A stretch of DNA of 64,000 nucleotides from Felis catus (GCF_018350175.1 NC_058368.1:102922001-102986000); one strand, 5' to 3'. Shown: positions 12,468 through 24,792, counted from the stretch's first letter. Translations and numbers: made by a program. The notes: generated from the letters alone by a model not told the origin.

Positions 12468-12693
12468 TTTTTTTTTTTAATTTTTTTTTTCAACGTTTAT
12501 TTATTTTTGGGACAGACAGAGACAGAGCATGAACGGGGGAGGGGCAGAGAGAGAGGGAGACACAGAATCGGAAACAGGCTCCAGGCTCTGAGCCATCAGC
12601 CCAGAGCCCGACGCAGGGCTCGAACTCCCGGACCGCGAGATCGTGACCTGGCTGAAGTCGGACGCTTAACCGACTGCGCCACCCAGGCGCCCC
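12468..12693 (-). mobile_element. Young SINEC_Fc inserted antisense in the A-tail of the preceding SINE
   Basis: Diagnostic head; flanks aagaaaaa(a)tttt on both sides. Confidence 0.96.
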
Positions 12694-14069
12694 AAGAAAA
12701 AATTTTAAAGTGTATCAGAAGTTAGAAGGTAGAGGTATTGGGGACCATTGGGGAGTGAGAGCAGGATCATCTGATCTAGCCAGGAGGCCAGGGAACACTT
12801 CCTCCAGGCTGTGAGTCTTAAACATAATCTCTAAAGGATGCAGAGGATTTAGGCAGAAAGAACACTCCTGGCAGGAAAAATTGTTTGTGAAGGGACCAGA
12901 AGTGAGAAGAGATGTATAAAAGAAATTCCATGTGGCCAGAGCCTAGAGCTCCAGGGTCTAGACAGGTTGGCTCTGGGGAGGACCCAACAGGATGAGTCTG
13001 GAGAGACAGCACAGCAAAGACTGTCAAGGGCCATGCTAGAAACTGGATGTCATCGTAAGGACAATGGAAAGGACTGGTGGGACTTTTCGTAGAGGAATAA
13101 CTGAATCAGTTTTGGGATTTAGACACATTTAGGCAGGTTGCAGGTTAGAAAAAACTGGATGCGAGGCCTATTCCAAAGCTGAGTCCGTTAGCCACCTGAG
13201 GAATGACGATTAGCTGGATTAGGATACAGCAGTGGGAGCAGGGTGGTGAGAAGGGAGAGAGGCTGTGACCAGCGCCAGGTGAATAGGTGAGGGGAGCATG
13301 TTGAGGTAGGCGGGGAGGATTCCCGAGTGTCTCAGGCGACCCTGTGCTTGGTAAGCATCGCTCCCTGAGACAGTAAACCAGACAGACTGGGGTCCTATTA
13401 GATGGCATTTTGGCTAGCGATCCCAGAAACATCTGAATCTTATCCAAACATAGTTGCAGACAAGGCCCCTCAAGACCCAGTGGAAATGTATTTAAAAGGA
13501 AAAAAAAAGAAAAGCCGAGTAAACTGAAGAACAGTCATGAGCAGAGCTTTGGCTCCAAAGGACAGAGTGAAATTAATTTACAAGGTCTGCTGGATCACAC
13601 AAGAGAATCGTGTATCCCTAGGCAAAAAGTCGGGGGTCTTACTACCCCGTGCCTGCCAAAGATGACACGGTCTCGTATTCTACCAGCTTTTGTATTTTTG
13701 ACATAAGCCCTCATAACAGATGATAAATTCCCCGAGGACTGTTGATTTGTTGGCTATTCATCATTTCTTTATTCATGCGGCAAATACCGAGTGTTCGTTA
13801 TATACACGCCACTCTGCTGGACGGCGAGATTGTAAGAAGTCTATCACCTGGTGGGGGAGACGGACAAGGACCTAGGAAAGCATGAAGCAGAATCAGGGCT
13901 CTTACAGAGCTGTTCAGCAGGACCAGATGGGCTCAGGACAGACCTGAACCCAGTGGGATGGGAACTTAACAGCACCAGGCTCAATGTTGTTCATAAACGA
14001 TTTGATGAAATAAGTTTTTCTTTCACGGTTGAATATTCTCATTCTTCTTTTCTCTGATATTAAAAGCTT

Positions 14070-14286
14070 TAAAATTTTTTTTTAACATTTATTTATTTTT
14101 GAGACAGAGAGAGACAAAGCAGGAACGGGGGAGGGTCAGAGAGAGAGGGAGACACAGAATCGGAAACAGGCTCCAGGCTCTGAGCGGTCAGCACAGAGCC
14201 CGACGCGGGGCTCGAACTCATGGACCTCGAGATCATGACCCGAGCCGAAGTCGGATGCTTAACCGACTGAGCCACCCAGGCACCCC
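14070..14286 (-). mobile_element. Can-SINE
   Basis: Full-length SINE body and tail. Confidence 0.95.
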
Positions 14287-14459
14287 TAAAAAATTTAATA
14301 AATGATTCTTAATGCCCACATTTTTGTGTGTTTTTTTCCCCTGTAAATCTTTGCTTACTGCTAGCAGATTAAGTTTCCGTATATTAGGCCAGCAGCGTGC
14401 TGAAGAAAATGTGTGGTGTGACCACGAAAGACTAAGAATGATCTCCCCAAGATACATTC

Positions 14460-14511
14460 AAAACGAAACAAAACAAAACAAAACAAAACAAAACAAAACA
14501 AAACAAAACAA
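14460..14511. repeat. (AAAAC)n pentanucleotide STR
   Basis: Direct reading. Confidence 0.95.
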
Positions 14512-14643
14512 GAAAAACCTCAGTCCTGTTACTTTGATAGACCACACAAGTGTAGGTTATTTCAGTCATATTTTATAAGGAAACAAAAAAGATTAATCTG
14601 AGTCTAGCACTTAGATAGATACCTGATAGGATCTGAGTAACTT

Positions 14644-14858
14644 AAAAAAATTTTTTTTAAATGTTTATTTTTGAGAGAGACAAAGACACAGCGTGAGCAA
14701 GGGACGGGAAGAAAGAGAGGGAGACACAGAATCCGAAGCAGGCTCCAGGCTCTGAGCCCTCAGCACGGAGCCTGACCCGGGTCTCAAACTCACAAGCTGT
14801 GAGATCACCACCGGAGCTGAATTCAGACACTAAACCGACTGAGCCACCCAGGTGCCCC
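14644..14858 (-). mobile_element. Can-SINE
   Basis: TSD tctgagtaactt at 14632-14643 and 14862-14873. Confidence 0.93.
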
Positions 14859-15072
14859 GGCTCTGAGTAACTTTTGATGATTGTACAGAGAAACTCTGAT
14901 CCATCCAAATTCATTTCGTAATAGAGTGAATTACATTGACAGCTTTCTATTTTTAAGACAAGTAATAAATCGGATCTAATTTAAATGCACCAAGTATTTG
15001 TAGAAAAATAACCATCTTCCAGATTTTGTGTTGGGACCGGTGCAAATAATCATTTTAAAAAGTTCTACCTAG

Positions 15073-15216
15073 ATGGGTACTAAGGAGGGCACCTGTTGTG
15101 ATGAGCACTGGGTGTTGTACGTAAGTGATGAATCAGTGAATTCTACTCCTGAGACCAGTTATTGCACTGTATGTTAACTAAAATAAAAATAAAAATAAAA
15201 AATGATAATCAAAAAT
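15073..15216 (+). mobile_element. Severely 5'-truncated carnivore L1 3' end with A-tail
   Basis: gatgggtactaaggagggcacctgttgtgatgagcactgggtgttgtacgtaagtgatgaatca..tatgttaacta followed by A-rich tail; degenerate TSD ttctacctag / ttccacccag. Confidence 0.85.
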
Positions 15217-15718
15217 AAAGAATTCCACCCAGCCTTTTCACCAAATAATGCTGGACCAAGTGGACACTCACAGGGAAAACAATGAACACGGACAAAAATC
15301 ACCCCCTTTATAAAAAAATTAACTCAAAATGGATCATACGTTTAAATGTGAAAAGGAAAACCATAAAACTTTTAGGAAAAAAAATTCAGAATCTAGGTTT
15401 TAGACTTCAGACAAAAAGCACAATCCATAAAAAGAAAATATCACACGCTAGGCCTCGGCAAAATTAAAATTAAAAATGTTTGCTCTGTCAAAGAGCCTTT
15501 TCAGCTAAAAACACAAGCTACTGACTGGGGGAAAATATTTGCAAACCACTTATCTGACGGAGAATTAGTTTCTAAAATATAAATAAATCTCAAAACTCAA
15601 TAGTAACAAAAACACACAGACAATCCAATTGGAAATGGAACAAAAGACATAAACAGACATTTGATTTAAGAGGATAAATATATACAGTGAACAAGCACAT
15701 GAAAAGATACTCAACGTA

Positions 15719-15948
15719 GGGGCGCCTGGGTGGCGCAGTCGGTTAAGCGTCCGACTTCAGCCAGGTCACGATCTCGCGGTCCGTGAGTTCGAGCCCCGCG
15801 TCGGGCTCTGGGCTGATGGCTCAGAGCCTGGAGCCTGTTTCCGTTTCTGTGTCTCCCTCTCTCTCTGCCCCTCGCCCGTTCATGCTCTGTCTCTCTCTGT
15901 CCCAAAAATAAATAAACGTTGAAAAAAAAAATAAAAAATAAAAAAAAA
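15719..15948 (+). mobile_element. Young SINEC_Fc
   Basis: 18-bp TSD gaaaagatactcaacgta at 15701-15718 and 15949-15966. Confidence 0.97.
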
Positions 15949-16005
15949 GAAAAGATACTCAACGTAAATGGACGTGAAGGAAAGGCAAATTTAAACTACA
16001 GTTTA

Positions 16006-16238
16006 TTTTATTTTTTTAATTAAAAAAATTTTTTTTTAACGTTTATTTATTTTTGAGACAGAGAGAGACAGGGCATGAATGGGGGAGGGTCAGAGAGAGG
16101 GAGACACAGAATTCGAAGCAGGCTCCAGGCTCTGAGCTGTCAGCACAGAGCCCGACGCGGGGCTCGAACTCACGGACCGCGAGATCATGACCTGAGCCGA
16201 AGTCGGCCGCTCAACCGACTGAGCCACCCAGGCGCCCC
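16006..16238 (-). mobile_element. Can-SINE
   Basis: 14-bp TSD taaactacagttta at 15992-16005 and 16239-16252. Confidence 0.96.
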
Positions 16239-16980
16239 TAAACTACAGTTTAAATACAACACAAATTTAAACTTCCCTACATAAAATAAAATAAAAAATA
16301 GTTAAGACACCAAATATAGTCAAGAGGTGTAAAAGACGAAGATCACGCAAGCACTGCTGGGTGGAAGGCACAATGGTACAGCCCCTCCGGGAAACAGTTT
16401 GCTACTTTCTTATTACAACCATCACAGGACGCCACAAACTCGTGGGCATTTCCTCCAGGGAAATAAAAAGGGCTATACCCCCCCCCCCCCCCCCAATCCC
16501 GCTCAGAATGTTCACAGATGCTTTGTGACAGCCCAGACCAATGAACAACCCAGCTGTCCTTCAAGGGTTGAAAAGTCAAACTCTGGCAGATTGATACCCC
16601 TGGATACAGTGAAGCAACAGAAAGAGGAACGGGTTACGGATACCCTCAACAGTTTAGAAGAATTTCCAGGGAATCACGGTGCATGACAAAAGCCAGTCTC
16701 AAAAGGAGTCACACTGTATGGTTACATTCCCATTACATTCTTGAGATCAGAAATCTACTGAATAGTGAAGAGATTAGCGATGCCAGGAGTCAGAGTGTGG
16801 GAGGATGGGCGGATGTGGGGGTACAGCACAGGGATCCTCATCCTGACAGAACTCTTCTTCATCTTGACTGAATTAAAATTAACATCAGTGGCTTGGCTGT
16901 GGCAGAGTAGCACTGTTTTGCAACATATTATCAGTGGGACAAACCAGAGAAAAGATACCTGGGATCGTTCTGTATCATTT

Positions 16981-17200
16981 TCTTTTTTTTTAATTTTTAA
17001 AAGTATTTATTTATTTTTGAGAGAGAGAGAGCGAGCATGAGCAGGGGAGGGGCAGAGAGAGAGGGAGACACAGAATGTGAAGCAGGATCCAGGCTCTGAG
17101 CTGTCAGCACAGAGCCCGATGCGGGGCTCGAACCCACAAACTGTGAGATCATGACCTGAGCTGCCGTCGGCTGCTTAACTGACTGAGCCACCCAGGTGCC
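16981..17200 (-). mobile_element. Can-SINE
   Basis: Full SINE body and T-rich tail. Confidence 0.93.
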
Positions 17201-18789
17201 GCTATCTCAGTTAACGTTTCAGGCATTTTGCAAGTGGTTGTAAAACACAGTCATTAATAAAACTTAAATTATATAACTTGTAATTAAGCTATATTAAAAA
17301 CAAAGGCGATAATACCCCAATTCATCATTTCCTAATCTTTTTACGATTATCTCTGCCCTTGAGGGTGTTTATATCTATAGGAACTGCGTGGTGCACATAC
17401 CACATCACGATATACTATTTTGCATTTCTTACCAGCTCTGTATCCAGGGATATCATTTTAGTTTGGCCCCTGTGGGTATATTTACATCATGTAAACCAGA
17501 CAAACATTAGGACAGGACTTTTTTCTAATGCTGGTGAGCCCGTTATTAAACATTTACTGCCACAACACTGGGCAAGCCACGTGGCTGGGAAATTTGGATG
17601 CTCGTCTGGGAAAGAGGAGAAGGAAAAGTTGCTGGCGAGGGTATAAGGCACTACCTACCATATTCCTGAAGACTGTTGCACTTAAGTATTTCATTCAATT
17701 CTTTCATATAGGGCTCTCGAAATTAATTGAGAGGTTCATAATCAGAAGCCAAAGTAAGAGAACGGGCTTCAGGAAATGTGTTTCTTCCACTGTGCACTCT
17801 TCCCTTTGAACTGCTCCTGAGCTGGAACGCGCTGAGTGAATTTTGAAACTGACTTGCACTGACACAGTAATACGTTTTCCAGGCTGTGCAAGTTGGAGGC
17901 CGAGATGCTGCTCAGGGACGTCTTGGTACGGACTCCACTTTTCTGTCCTACAGGAAATGATGCTATGATACTGCCTTGCTGTTGCTGAATCACATTCAAG
18001 AGCCAGGAAAGCCCACTATTTGTAAACATCCCCTTAAGTGGAAGCATTCATTGCAGAGAATGCATTAAAGCCTTTTGAATGGTAATACTAGTCCTGTTGG
18101 TAAACGTTCTCAAATATCTCAAATATCTCACGCCCCTACCATTTACAGCCAATGCACACATCCCAGAAGAGATTTTGCGGGACCAAGGAACACTACAGTT
18201 GTTACTGTGGCCACCTGGCCACATGGCCACAGTGTTACTGTGGCCACCTGGATTCCATATTTGTAACCCCAGTTATCTCTATGGAGTTTGATCCAGTCTA
18301 TACAGGAGGCTGTGTTCTGCTGGGGTACCTTTCTAGGTTTGGATATGCGGCTTTGTTAGTACAAGTTGGGGGAACCTGAATTGCTCTACATAACAGAGGG
18401 AGAAGAATCTGGCCCTCTTGATGCATCAGGGTGAGTAGGTCTGGAGGCTGTGTTTTCTTTCTGGTTTAACCCAGTGCATTAGAGAAAGAGCAACCACTGA
18501 GTGGAGAAAAACCTAGGAGGCACAGCTGTGGAATTTGCAGCAAATCTGCAAATCCTGTGAGCAAACTCCCTGACTCACACAGACCTTGGAGTAGGGAGGG
18601 TGGGATAAACAATGCCAGACTATCCAGGGGGTGCCGCTCCCACTCAGCGTGCACATGTGTATAAATGACGTTAAAATGTTTCCAATAATTTTCAAAGCGG
18701 ATGAAGCATTCTCTCCACCATCTCGTACGGACTGTTTATTTGCTTAACAAATCACTTCTCCAAAAGCGAGTTCCACTAGTTCTCACAAA

Positions 18790-19032
18790 AACACCGGAAG
18801 CATAATTAGCTCAACTTCTGGGAAGTTTTCTAAAAAGTTGGCAGAATCTCCCTTTTGGGGACTTCAGTAGGGGGGGCGCTGTGCGCATGCGTGAACACCC
18901 TCCCCCGCCCAGAGGAGGCGGGCACATGCGCGATCTCCCTCCATGGCTGGGGGCGGGGGGTGCGCAAGCGCAGACGCCCTACCTTGCCAGCAGAAAACAG
19001 TTACTCTGAAAGTTAAGTTCAATGGCGGCCCT
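18790..19032. promoter_or_regulatory. Compact GC-rich promoter-like element (NRF1 x3, GC box x3, ETS, YY1)
   Basis: CCGGAAG 18794-18800; TGCGCATGCGTG 18882-18893; CCCGCCC 18904-18910; GGAGGCGGG 18914-18922; GCACATGCGCG 18922-18932; GGGGCGGGG 18950-18958; TGCGCAAGCGCA 18961-18972; AATGGCGGC 19021-19029. Confidence 0.65.
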
Positions 19033-19044
19033 CCTGACTTACCA

Positions 19045-19545
19045 CTGCAAAACTGGTTGGTGGCATTTACTAAAGTAAACCATACACAACCCTTTGACCC
19101 AGCAAGGTCACTCTTGGGTATATGCCCAACAGAAACACATACGTATATTCAGCAAAAGTCATGCACTAGAATATGGAGAACAGCATTGTTCTAAATAGCC
19201 AAAAAGTAAACAACACGAATGTCCATTTGTAGATGGGCAAACCAACTGTGGTATTGGTATACAAGGGGACACCACAAAGCATACACAATGCATGGTCTAC
19301 AGCTTCACGAATCTCACAATGATGAGTGTCCCACAATGTGATGTCACCAACACTGCGTAAGAGTATATACATACTGACAATTTCAATATATCAAGTTCTA
19401 CAACCAACAAAACTAACCAATAGCAGGAGGAGTGGTGGTAGTGATGGTAAGTGGCAGGAGGGGGCTTCTGGCACGGTGCTAATTTCTTGATTTGGGGATG
19501 GTTATAGTACCTTAGACACCTTCACTCAAAGTATGATTAAATGTA
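19045..19545 (+). mobile_element. Old L1M (L1MC/ME-like) 3' fragment
   Basis: accctttgacccagcaaggtcactcttgggtatatgcccaacagaaac..cagcattgttctaaatagccaaaaag..aatgtccatt. Confidence 0.8.
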
Positions 19546-19547
19546 CA

Positions 19548-20059
19548 CTATAGTATCCTGAGCGTTCGTTCAGCCCCACCCTCAAATACATGTACACGTC
19601 AAGTCCTGGAACCTGTGAATATTCACTTGTTTGGTAAAAGGATCTTTACAGATGAAACTGAGTTAACGTTATTGAAATGATGAGACCATTCCGGATTATC
19701 TGGGTGGGCTGTAAATTCAAAGGTAAGTGTCCTTATAAGAGACACACGGACAGAAAAGAAGGCCATGGGATGAGAGAGGCAGAGTGGAGTCATAGTGCGA
19801 CAAGCCAGACACACAGAAAACGTGGAGACAGATGCCGGGATGGCAGTGATGTGGCCGTAAGACAAGGATGGCCTGTAGCCCCCAGAGGTTGGCACAGAGG
19901 CATGAAAAAGATGCTCCCACGGAGCCCCTAGAAGTGGTGTAGCCATTCCAACCCTTTGATTTAGAACTTCTGGCCTCCAGGACTGTGAGAGAACACATTT
20001 GTGATTTAAGCCTCCAAGTTTGGGGTAATTTGTTAAAACAGCCCTAGGAAACCACTACA
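19548..20059 (+). mobile_element. MaLR solo LTR (MLT1B/C/D-like)
   Basis: cctggaacctgtgaatat..ggtaaaaggatctttacagatg..acttctggcctccaggactgtgagagaac..cagccctaggaaaccactaca. Confidence 0.88.
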
Positions 20060-20574
20060 TAGAGTTTTCTGCATACTGGCTGTATTTCAATACACTCTGC
20101 ATCGAAAGGGTACCCTTTCATTTAGCAGGTGGTTGACAGTGAGGTAAAGATCATTTCAGCCTGATCTCTTTCAAATATTTTACCTGTTTACAACAGGTAG
20201 GAGTATGGGTTTCTACCTGTAAATATCCATCATCTTCCTTTGGAGAAACAAGCCTTCAGTCCTGCCCACCCGCACCTGCTGCATGTGCCATGCTGGATTC
20301 TGCCCTCCACATGGGACCACCTTGCTCTAGTCTCTCTCAGTCTCTAATTATTCTATGTGTTCCTCAGTTAATCACATGTAACTTTTTGTACACCAATTGC
20401 AGGCTTTTTCATTGTTTATTTCAGTTTGAAGGGCAATCCTTATGTAATCATCTGAGAAATCTTTACATAGTTTGAAAAAAAGCCTGGGACAATAGGAAAC
20501 CCGATTTTTGCATGGTATTGTGCATAAAAAACATAGCCCAGAGTCTGAACTTGACTAAATCTAACGGTAATCTT

Positions 20575-20790
20575 TTTACTTATTTTTTTAAAGAGAGAAA
20601 GAGAGGGAGAGGTACAAGGAAAAGAGGGGCAGAGAGAGAGAGAGAGAGAGTGAGACGGAGGGAGAAAATCTTAAGCAGGCTCCACAGTCAGTGAAGAGCC
20701 TGACTTGGGGCTCGATCCCATGACCCAGGGATCATGCCCTGAAGTGAAATCAGGAATCAGACGCTCAACCAACTCAGCCAACCAGGATCT
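20575..20790 (-). mobile_element. Can-SINE (old)
   Basis: aagcaggctccacagtcagt..ggggctcgatcccatgacc..gacgctcaaccaactcagcca. Confidence 0.88.
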
Positions 20791-21657
20791 TCTTTCCTTG
20801 TTCTTTCGTCTAACTCTGAATCTCTGGATCTCTCCCACTTCTTAGGCACCCAAAAGGGTGTATGTGCACTCTGTGTAGCACTCTCCAGCAACTCTCTACA
20901 AAGATCTCTCCACCAAAGTGAGCTGAAAAGAGTATCACACTTCTCCCTATTCTTTGCTTTCATCTATGGTTTTCCTTCTCTCCCACGAACAAACCATGAC
21001 TTCTTCCTGTGAAAATCCTGTATTTGCTCCTCTTGTTCTTGCTTTGTCTCTTGAGTCTACACCATCCAAGCTGCAGGAGCTAAGTTCATAGACTCAGCTT
21101 TTCTCTTGGAAGCCAGGACTGAGGCCAAGTGAACAAAGACGTTTCTATTTAGCTGAGTGGTTGGGGAGGGTGGGAGGGGGTACAGAGAAAAAGACCACAA
21201 AGCCTTTGGAACTAGCACCTTCTTTTAGCCACATATTAGTATCACTTAAGGTGACAAAGAAGGGCTTGTGGTGGCCCAGACGCAAACTGGCCAATGAAAA
21301 TTCTTTGATTGACTTTACTATCTTTTCTCCTCTGGAATGCCAGTTTCTATCTTTGTGAGAGAAGGCAGGCAAATACTCTTTCTCAAGACCCAAGCACTGC
21401 CATGAATATTTTACCCACTTACTTTTAAGGCAACCTGGGGATTATGGAGATTTTAATTTCAATTTGGCAAATGAGGATCTAAAGAAATAGAATACTGAAG
21501 GTCACGTGGTAACATTGATCAGGCCAGGATTCAAACAGAAGCTCATCTGCCTCCAAAGCCTAGGCCTGCTTGCTGCTTTAATCATTAGTCAGCAGTGTCT
21601 GCTGAGTATCCCTCAGGTCAACAGGTACTGTGTTGGGTGTAGAAATAACAGTGATAG

Positions 21658-21879
21658 GGGTGCTTGGGTGGTTCAGTCAGTTAAGCATCTGACTCCTGGT
21701 TTCCACTCAGGTCATGATCTAATGGTTTCGTAAGCTGAAGCCCCACATCAGGCTCCATACTGGCAGCACGGAACTTGCTTAGGATTCTCTCTTTTTCCAT
21801 CTTTCGGTGCCTCTTCAGAACTTACACTGTCTCTGTGTCTCTCAAAATAAATACATTAATTAGAAAAAGAAAGAAAAAA
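21658..21879 (+). mobile_element. Can-SINE within an L2 relic
   Basis: TSD agaaataacagtgatag / agaaattacagagatag. Confidence 0.9.
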
Positions 21880-22886
21880 AGAAATTACAGAGATAGAAGA
21901 CATAGCCCCGGGCCAGGAGGAGCTGTAGTGCCCATATATTTCCACTGTACCTTTCAGAATCTGTCCTATAGTTCTGGAAAATTCTGGAATCATATCTTGG
22001 TGTTTTGCCTATTTTCTTTCATAACTTTCAGTGATCTGCAAGGATAAAAATTCCTCCTATAGATGCTTCATTTAACACATAGCATTTATATATCAAATGA
22101 ATATTCAGCGAGCAATAATTTTTAAGAACTGTCTATTGGCTGATCACTGGGATAGACACTGTGCCGGGGTAGATACAAAATGAATGAGACACAGTCACCC
22201 TCAAACTATTTGCTCTCTGGTGGGGAAGACAGCCATGACCAAAGTCCTGGTAACTATATAGAAGAAAGGAGAAGGCTTAGAACAGACAAAAGTATTTACT
22301 ACAGGAAACACGGTGTGAGGAACAGGCAAACTATTGGTACCATTCACATATAGTAGGCAGCTTATATTGTTATATAGACAAATCTGGAGAGAAGGTAAGA
22401 GTATCTGTTGAGATTTGGGTGGTGTAACATCTCTTGTTCATGTTGAAAGAGCCCATGGATTACTGATCTATTTTTATTTGCAGTATTCACGTGGGAAAGT
22501 CTGTGTGCCTCAAACACAGAACCTGGCTTTTTCTGAAGTGCTCTTTTCGTGTCCAATTTTCCAGTTCAACTGAGGGTTTATGTTTTAGACTTTTTATAGG
22601 AGCTGAGTAGGAAACAATGATCGTAAGAAGGCTACCAAGACAGAAAACAGAAGACAGTATGGCTTAAACCTAACAACGGACGACAGAGATAGATGGGTTT
22701 ATTTCTCTTCATTCTTTCCGAAACTATTGCTTAGTTTCAGGCAAACAAGGCTTGATTTTCTGAGAATGTGACTGCAAGAAGGCAATATTGTGTATGCATA
22801 CAGAATGTTTTTGTGCACTGACTACTTGGTCTAGAATGCGTGAATGTTTAAAACATTCACAGTTTTTTTTTTCCTTTTTTTTCTCC

Positions 22887-22945
<59 letters not shown>

Positions 22946-22947
22946 TC
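22887..22947. repeat. (CTTT)15 perfect tetranucleotide STR
   Basis: Counted directly, 22887-22946. Confidence 0.97.
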
Positions 22948-22989
22948 ACACAAGCAACGCATGAATAAATTCTTATTTAAAAAACTTGT

Positions 22990-23740
22990 AGTTTTCCTTT
23001 TCATAGCTTCCTCTACCTATTATATTCTCTCCTCCCCCACCTCTCACTAACAAATCTTACTCGATTTTTCGGGAGTGACCATGCTTCATAGAGAGATATG
23101 CAGCCTTCTGGATCTTTTTCTCTGGATTGATTTACTTATAGATACACATCTACACAATGTGTAGTTTTGTGTTATTTTTTACATAGATAAAATTATACTG
23201 TACTTATTGTTCTTACAGTTCTTACACCATACTTGCTTTTTTCATTTAACAGTATAGCCTAGAAAATTTTTCAGGTCGGTATGTATTGATCTTCCATAGT
23301 CCTTTAAGCCGCTGGATGAAATTCTGCAGTATGAATATAGCATAATTATTTTTAACCAGGCCTTTACAGATTCAACACTGGGATTCTAATTTTTCACTAT
23401 TATATGCTGTTTTGTAGCGGGCTCCCTTGTACATACGTCAAGTGGGAGTATATCGTTACGATAACACTTGGAAGTAGAATTTTGAGGAATACTGTCAAGT
23501 GTTCCTCTCATAACCTGCCCTAATTTACATGTCTATTAATAGTGTAGCACTGGGCCTATTCCCTAGAACTTTGCCAGTGCTATATATTATTCATATTTAA
23601 AAGTTTTGCAGATACGCTAAGCAGAAAATGGAATATTGTGTTTTAATCGATATTTCCGTAGCAAGTTAGATTACTAGCAAGCTTGAACAAAATTGTCATG
23701 TGTTTATTAGCTACATGCATACTTTCTTCTAAGAAGTGCC
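22990..23740 (-). mobile_element. Old L1ME-like fragment
   Basis: aaattatactgtac..acttgcttttttcatttaacagtat..agtatgaatatagcataattattttaacca, typical of antisense L1M 3' ends. Confidence 0.65.
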
Positions 23741-23741
23741 T

Positions 23742-23924
23742 TTTTAAAAAAAGTTTATTTATTTTGAGAGAGAGAGCCGGGGAGGGGCGGAGAGAGAATC
23801 CCAAGCAGGGTCCACACTGTCAACATGGAGCCTGATGCAGGGCTCGGTCTGCCAACTATGAGAACATGACCTGAGCCAAAACCAAGAATCGGATGCTTCA
23901 CCAACTGAGCCACCCAGGCGCCCC
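23742..23924 (-). mobile_element. Can-SINE
   Basis: gagagaatcccaagcagg..ccaactgagccacccaggcgcccc. Confidence 0.92.
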
Positions 23925-24792
23925 TGTGAATTAACTTTTATTCAGGGATTATCAGTGTCTGACTAGGGGGAAAACCTTCCTCAGCTTTCTCTACTTTCTG
24001 AGAAGACCACACCCAAATTGTAAGCAGAAAGGACCCTAATGTAATTAACTTTCAGCTTTAGGCAGTAATTTCTCAATACTGAAGTTAATTGTCTGTTAAT
24101 ATACAAGGACATGGTTAGACTTATCCAAATCACCACTTTTTCTTTGGCCTTGCCTCTTTGGGCTCTATTTTTTGCATATTCACCTTGAAATCTGAGGAAT
24201 TCTTTTGTGCCCGATTCTTACTTATTTGCAGAAGGCAGTAATTGATAACCATAAAAGCTCTGCTAACGTGTAACCTATGTCTGCTAGGGAATACCTCTTA
24301 TACCAAAGTAAGCAAAATCTCCTCTTCCCTCCTCTTTTTATTCCCTCCATGTCCTGAGAAAAGGAGCCAGCCCACCCTCTTTTCCCTGCTCCCACCTGTC
24401 CCTGGCCCCTAGGCCCTGCTGAGCAGCTCCAGCTGGATCGATCTCCACTGCTTTTGAGCCGGTCCGAATTCAGAACTCAGGTCTCACTCCCCCAACTGGG
24501 ATGATGTTGCAAGGACAAAGTGTCTTCATAGAGGGAAATTAGAGGGCATTATAAACCTAAAACTGGATCTTGAATAGGATAAAAATTCTTTTAAAAAAGA
24601 AAGGGGGGAAAAGAAATAAAACTTCACGCTTTTCACTCAGGGTTTACAGGACTTTCTAGTCTGGCTTCCCTTGTGACTCCTCGACTTCTCTCCATCCTCA
24701 GTGAGAGGGCATGAGTAGCAGCCAAGAGGCAGCCTAACACAGCGGTGAAGAGCACAGACTGTGGGGCCAAATGTCTAGGCGGGAATACCACC

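Larger units (their letters stand above)
12045..13350 (-). mobile_element. L2 LINE 3' region interrupted by two SINEs
   Basis: (ttca)n plus aacatttattgagtgcc L2 tail; purine-rich L2-like sequence resumes after 12700. Confidence 0.7.
15233..16980 (+). mobile_element. Old L1M fragment (ORF2 C-terminus and 3'UTR) interrupted by two SINEs
   Basis: aaaattaactcaaaatggatcat..aaatatttgcaaaccac..aagcacatgaaaagatactcaac; ORF 15282-15467 reads KINSKWIIRLNVKRKTIKLL, L1 ORF2-like. Confidence 0.85.

Noticed and set aside
15719..15800. tRNA-like A/B box sequence (ggtggcgcagtcggttaagcg..gagttcgagcccc)
   Set aside because: It is the tRNA-derived head of a Can-SINE and continues into the CT-rich body and A-tail; not a tRNA gene.
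17520..17570. Possible MER63-like hAT terminus (gagcccgttattaaacatttactgccacaacactg)
   Set aside because: Too short, and no partner end or TSD found.
18108..18130. 9-bp tandem tctcaaata x2.5
   Set aside because: Ordinary short slippage duplication with no further structure.
18864..18882. CTCF-like motif tcagtagggggggcgctg
   Set aside because: The G-run is two bases longer than the CCAGYAGGGGGCGC spacing, so I do not call it without a PWM scan.
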